A stretch of DNA of 64,000 bases from a candidate division FCPU426 bacterium (GTDB lineage: Bacteria; Oederibacteriota; Muellerivitia; Muellerivitales; Muellerivitaceae). A program made the position numbers and the translations under genes. The notes beneath the pieces were generated by a model. That model saw nothing but the letters and a program-made list of their open reading frames with translations, searched no databases and had not been told where the DNA came from. This document shows, piece by piece, positions 59,863 through 64,000 of the stretch. How positions within the stretch are numbered: position 1 is the stretch's first letter; each line of letters opens with the position of its first letter. The stretch spans positions 1 to 64,000 of the forward strand of contig CAWKAR010000041.1 in the NCBI GenBank assembly GCA_963847625.1, given 5' to 3'.

Positions 59863-61611
59863 GTGGCGGAGAAAATTCTCAACGGGATTCCGGCTTCCGG
59901 CGGCATCGCCATCGGACCGGCTTATTTATACCGTCCCCAAGGTTTTTCCATTCCCCGGAAAAGCCTGCGGGCTGAGGAAGTGGGCCAGGAATTAGGCCGG
60001 TACCTGGAGGCCTTGAAAAAAACCCGTGAACAGATTCTGGAACTCGAGGGCCGAATGAAGGAAAAACTCGGGGAGGAGCACGCAGCGATTTTCCAGGCCC
60101 ACCAAGTGGTATTGGATGATCCCCTCTTTCTGGAGGAAATTCCTGATGCTATCCGCAAGCGCCGCTTGAACGCCGAACACCTATTGATCGAGGCCCTGGA
60201 AAAGTTTCAAACGGTTATCGCTTCCGTTGAGGATTCCTTTTTCCGTGAGCGGGGAGGGGACATTCAGGACGTGGGAGACCGTGTCTTGAAGAACCTAACG
60301 GGAGGCGGGAAAGATATTCTCGGCAAATTGGACCATGAAGTTATCGTATTGGCCTCCGACCTGACTCCCTCGGACACTGCCACGATGCCCACTGATCATG
60401 TGAAGGGTTTTTGCACCGAGATTGGCGGACGAACCTCCCACGTCGCCATCGTGGCCCGGTCAATGGGGTTGCCGTCCGTGGTGGGCACGCCCAACGTTAC
60501 TTTGGAAGCGCAGGACGGCGACCTAGTCATTCTGGACGGCAATAAAGGGTTAATGGTCATCAACCCAAACCCCCAGACCCTGAAACAGTACCAGCGGTTG
60601 AAGGTGAATTACGAGACCTTCCAGAGAAGCTTGGATAAACTTCGGGCCCTGCCTGCGGCCACGCCCGACGGCCACCGCATCACTCTAGCCGCCAACATCG
60701 AAATTCCGCTGGAGTTGGACGAGGTTTTCAGCCATGGGGCTGAGGGCATCGGGCTTTTCCGGACGGAATTCCTTTTTTTGGACCGCGGGGGTGTCCCTTC
60801 GGAGGAGGAACAGTTCGAGGCCTACAGTCAGTTGGCCACGCGGACAGGGGTGAACCCCGCCATTGTGCGCACTCTTGACCTGGGAGGCGACAAGTTTCTC
60901 TCTGAGGTCAACCCCTTTCACGAGATGAACCCCTTCCTGGGATTGAGGGCCATCCGTCTTTGCCTGAAAAGGCCCGACATCTTCAAGCCACAGCTCAGGG
61001 CTATCCTCCGGGCGGCGGTGCACGGGCCCCTCAAAATTATGTTTCCCATGGTGGCCACCGTGGACGAGATCCGGCAGGCCAAGTTGCTTCTGAAGGAATG
61101 CGGGCAGGAACTTAAAAGGGAAGGGAAAAAATTCCGGGAAGACATCGAAGTGGGAGCCATGATCGAGATTCCGTCGGCGGCTATTATGGCCGACCTGCTG
61201 ATCCAGGAAGCGGACTTTCTTTCCATCGGGACAAACGACCTGATTCAGTACACGATGGCGGTGGACCGTGTGAACGAGGCGGTGGCCTATCTTTATGAGC
61301 CCTTGAACCCGGCGATTCTCAGGCTTATCCGCATGACAGTGGAGGCTTGCCATAAACAGGGTAAATGGGTGGGAATGTGCGGGGAAATGGCGGGCGATCC
61401 CCAGTTCGTGCCCCTGCTTTTAGGGATGGGCCTGGATGAGTTGTCCGTGTCTCCCTCCATCATTCCTGAAGTGAAGAAGGTGATCCGCCTCATGCCCTAT
61501 GCGAAGTCCAAGGAGATCGCCCAGGAGGCACTCAAGAGGACCACCGCAAGCGAGGTTTACGATTTGATCAGGGAAAGTGTGCCGGCCGAATTGAAAGGTA
61601 TCCTGTTTTAA
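59863..61611 (+). CDS. ptsI: PTS enzyme I
   Basis: GGRTSH.AI.AR, GIGLFRTEF, RTLD.GGDK, E.NPFLG.R, SIGTNDL.QY, CGEMAG. Confidence 0.96.
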   Translation: MAEKILNGIPASGGIAIGPAYLYRPQGFSIPRKSLRAEEVGQELGRYLEALKKTREQILELEGRMKEKLGEEHAAIFQAHQVVLDDPLFLEEIPDAIRKRRLNAEHLLIEALEKFQTVIASVEDSFFRERGGDIQDVGDRVLKNLTGGGKDILGKLDHEVIVLASDLTPSDTATMPTDHVKGFCTEIGGRTSHVAIVARSMGLPSVVGTPNVTLEAQDGDLVILDGNKGLMVINPNPQTLKQYQRLKVNYETFQRSLDKLRALPAATPDGHRITLAANIEIPLELDEVFSHGAEGIGLFRTEFLFLDRGGVPSEEEQFEAYSQLATRTGVNPAIVRTLDLGGDKFLSEVNPFHEMNPFLGLRAIRLCLKRPDIFKPQLRAILRAAVHGPLKIMFPMVATVDEIRQAKLLLKECGQELKREGKKFREDIEVGAMIEIPSAAIMADLLIQEADFLSIGTNDLIQYTMAVDRVNEAVAYLYEPLNPAILRLIRMTVEACHKQGKWVGMCGEMAGDPQFVPLLLGMGLDELSVSPSIIPEVKKVIRLMPYAKSKEIAQEALKRTTASEVYDLIRESVPAELKGILF

Positions 61612-61972
61612 CTACCTTTTTTCCAATTTCTGAAAAATTATTGTATTTTGGGCCCATTAGTTGAGTAATAAAGGCTTTGAAATAAGCGTTTTTGAAGTTT
61701 CCCGCCTGAAATAAAAAACAATAATAGTGAATTAAAAACACAATTCATCTTTTCCGTTTGGAGGCTTAGGAACAAAGGCAGGGATATAATTTACATACAT
61801 CAGGAAGAATTTTTCCTTTGGGGAAGCGCTTTTTGGGCATTTTTAAACAGGGAAGGGTAATAAAAGCAGTTTAAAACGATTTTCATTGTGTTACCAACAT
61901 ATTTTAACGAATCAATTCCAACCCGACTCTCCCCAAGAACCTTCCTGAATTGAATACAATTTCAGGTTTGAA

Positions 61973-64000
61973 ATGACCGTCAAACGGAAAAATAAAATCT
62001 GTCGGGGTTTATTTCCCTTTGAAACCGGTTTAATTACCCGGTTGGTTTCTGCACTACTGGCTTTCCTTTGTTTTTGTCTATCTCTGACTCTTCCGTTCCG
62101 GTCTTTGGCCCAATGCACCCCCTCCTCGGCCAGGATCTGCCTAAGCGGTGACGACAACACCCATGTTTGGATGAATGGTTTCGATATTGGGACGCAGATG
62201 TATTGCAATTGGGACGGCACCGGCACATGCCCGCCGGCATGCCTGACCATTCCTACTTCGGATTTCAACCTAGGTCAAACCGTGTGCCTGTCCATCGCCA
62301 CCACAAATACCTCCGCCGGCTTTGTTTATTCCTCCTGGATGTTGGACGTGACCTGCTCGAACGGTTCTCATTCGGTTATCACCAACACCACGACCACGCC
62401 GAAGCTCTATTTCGACTCCGGCGCCGCGGGTGATGGGACGGGCACTTGCGGCACCTCAACGGGGGCCCCCGTCACTGACGGTAGCAGTAATGCCTGGACT
62501 TCCCCTAATTACAACCCCGCATCGAGCCCTTTTACCTGGACGGTTTACAGCGACGCCGGCACAGTCTATTCACCGCCGATCTACAATCCCATCACCGGAG
62601 CTTCCGTCCCTTGGATCTCCTGGCAAGCCTCGGGGCAGGGAAGCGGGAACGGAAGCTGCGGCATCATGTATATGCGCCAATGCACCACGCTTCCGACCAC
62701 CCAGACACCCTTGGGTCCGACCAGTTTTACCATCAGTAAGGTTTTCGCTAGTGGAAATCCTGTCATTGGAACCAGCAATGTCATGGTTACCTATTACGTC
62801 GAGGTTTGCAACAAGGGCCAGGGGGCAACAACGCCTGTTACACTCACCGACACCATGAGCAACACTTTGATTGGCATGAACTATACCGCAATCAACGATT
62901 TAACCCCGGAACCCACCGAGTCCGTGGGTGCAGTCAGTTTTCTCGACAATGGCAGTCCACTTACGCTCATATATCTTGGGGGTTATTTCCCCGGAAATGC
63001 TTGTGTAACCCTGGTTGTTTCAGCCGCGAATGATTATTACACGTCCAGTGATCTCGGGACCCCCATTCCAAATTGTGGCGGCGTGGCTTGGAGCACGGGA
63101 AGCGCCAGCTCTTGTGTTACCTTCACCCTTCCGACCCTTTCCCCCACGCCAACCTTCACTTACACTTTGACCTATACTAATACATACACTTATACACCGA
63201 CCAAGACGACACCCACCTATACTCCTACCTATACCTATACTTATACCCCGACAATCGCGGTTACTCCGACACCCACCCATACCAATACCTACACCTATAC
63301 TTACACCAATACATTCACCGCCACTTCCACTCAGACTCGCACCAATTCTCCGACCAATACACAGACGCCCTCGCCTACCCCCACACAAACGAACACGCCA
63401 ACGCGTTCAGCTACCCCCACACTGACAAACACAATCTCGCCTACTCCTACCCCCACCATGACACCGACGCCTACTCCGACGCGTTCAAACACACCCACCT
63501 CCACACCCACAGTTTCACCGACACCCACCCCTACAAATACCCCGACCCGGACACCGAGCCCCACGTCTACGGTTACACCTACCCCAACTCCGACCGTCTC
63601 GCCCACTCCTACTCCCACAGTTTCACCGACGCCTACTCCGACGCGTTCAAATACACCCACCAACAGCCCTACCAATACCATGACGGTTACCCCGTCAAAT
63701 ACTGCTACCCGAACGTCGACACCCACACTGACAAACACAATCTCGCCTACTCCTACTCCCACAATGACACCGACGCCTACTCCGACGCGTTCAAATACAC
63801 CGACCAACAGCCCTACCAATACCATGACGGTTACCCCATCAAATACTGCTACCCGGACGCCTACTCCCACCCTGACGAACACCACGACCCAGACACCCAC
63901 AACATCCTCCACCCCGACGCCTACAAATACGGCTACTCCTACTCCAACCCGTACACCCACTCCCACTCCGACTAACTCCCCAATCTCTACACCCACAACC
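61973..64000 (+). CDS. Second secreted Cys-rich/DUF11/Thr-Pro-repeat protein, paralogue of 776..8627; 3' end outside the window
   Basis: Manual translation from ATG 61973: hydrophobic signal, [16 protein letters not shown]...[14 protein letters not shown]...[13 protein letters not shown]...IYNPITG, then TPT repeats. Absent from the ORF track, consistent with no stop in the window. Confidence 0.85.
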   Translation, partial: MTVKRKNKICRGLFPFETGLITRLVSALLAFLCFCLSLTLPFRSLAQCTPSSARICLSGDDNTHVWMNGFDIGTQMYCNWDGTGTCPPACLTIPTSDFNLGQTVCLSIATTNTSAGFVYSSWMLDVTCSNGSHSVITNTTTTPKLYFDSGAAGDGTGTCGTSTGAPVTDGSSNAWTSPNYNPASSPFTWTVYSDAGTVYSPPIYNPITGASVPWISWQASGQGSGNGSCGIMYMRQCTTLPTTQTPLGPTSFTISKVFASGNPVIGTSNVMVTYYVEVCNKGQGATTPVTLTDTMSNTLIGMNYTAINDLTPEPTESVGAVSFLDNGSPLTLIYLGGYFPGNACVTLVVSAANDYYTSSDLGTPIPNCGGVAWSTGSASSCVTFTLPTLSPTPTFTYTLTYTNTYTYTPTKTTPTYTPTYTYTYTPTIAVTPTPTHTNTYTYTYTNTFTATSTQTRTNSPTNTQTPSPTPTQTNTPTRSATPTLTNTISPTPTPTMTPTPTPTRSNTPTSTPTVSPTPTPTNTPTRTPSPTSTVTPTPTPTVSPTPTPTVSPTPTPTRSNTPTNSPTNTMTVTPSNTATRTSTPTLTNTISPTPTPTMTPTPTPTRSNTPTNSPTNTMTVTPSNTATRTPTPTLTNTTTQTPTTSSTPTPTNTATPTPTRTPTPTPTNSPISTPTT

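Overview
A 64 kb bacterial chromosomal window from a diderm, LPS-producing organism, with no rRNA, tRNA, CRISPR array or intact transposase visible. The right half (39.3-61.6 kb) is a housekeeping superoperon: zinc-ribbon protein, kdsD, kdsC, lpxL-like, lptCAB, rpoN, hpf, ptsN, hprK, yvcK, mannose-family PTS IIA-IID, ptsH, ptsI. Two blocks interrupt it: a four-gene block (inositol-lipid genes, S1/P1 nuclease, amidohydrolase) bracketed by two structurally conserved ~130 bp repeats, and a GH57 gene inside the PTS genes. The left half is accessory. It holds a giant secreted Thr/Pro/Asn-repeat protein split by a 1-nt insertion, with a paralogue running off the right edge. It also holds an ECF sigma/anti-sigma module whose apparent promoter (GACAC-N15/16-CGTCTAAT) recurs five times, upstream of the sigma, the anti-sigma, a CBM11-like protein, a GH5 and a GH9. 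Next come a split transketolase with altered active-site residues co-transcribed with a form IV RuBisCO-like protein, an ArsR/thioredoxin redox cluster, a DUF134/NifX/CDF metal cluster and a HigBA-type TA pair. The best candidates for undescribed systems are the ECF glycan-degradation regulon and the RLP plus atypical transketolase operon. All family assignments come from motif recognition by eye; no database searches were run.
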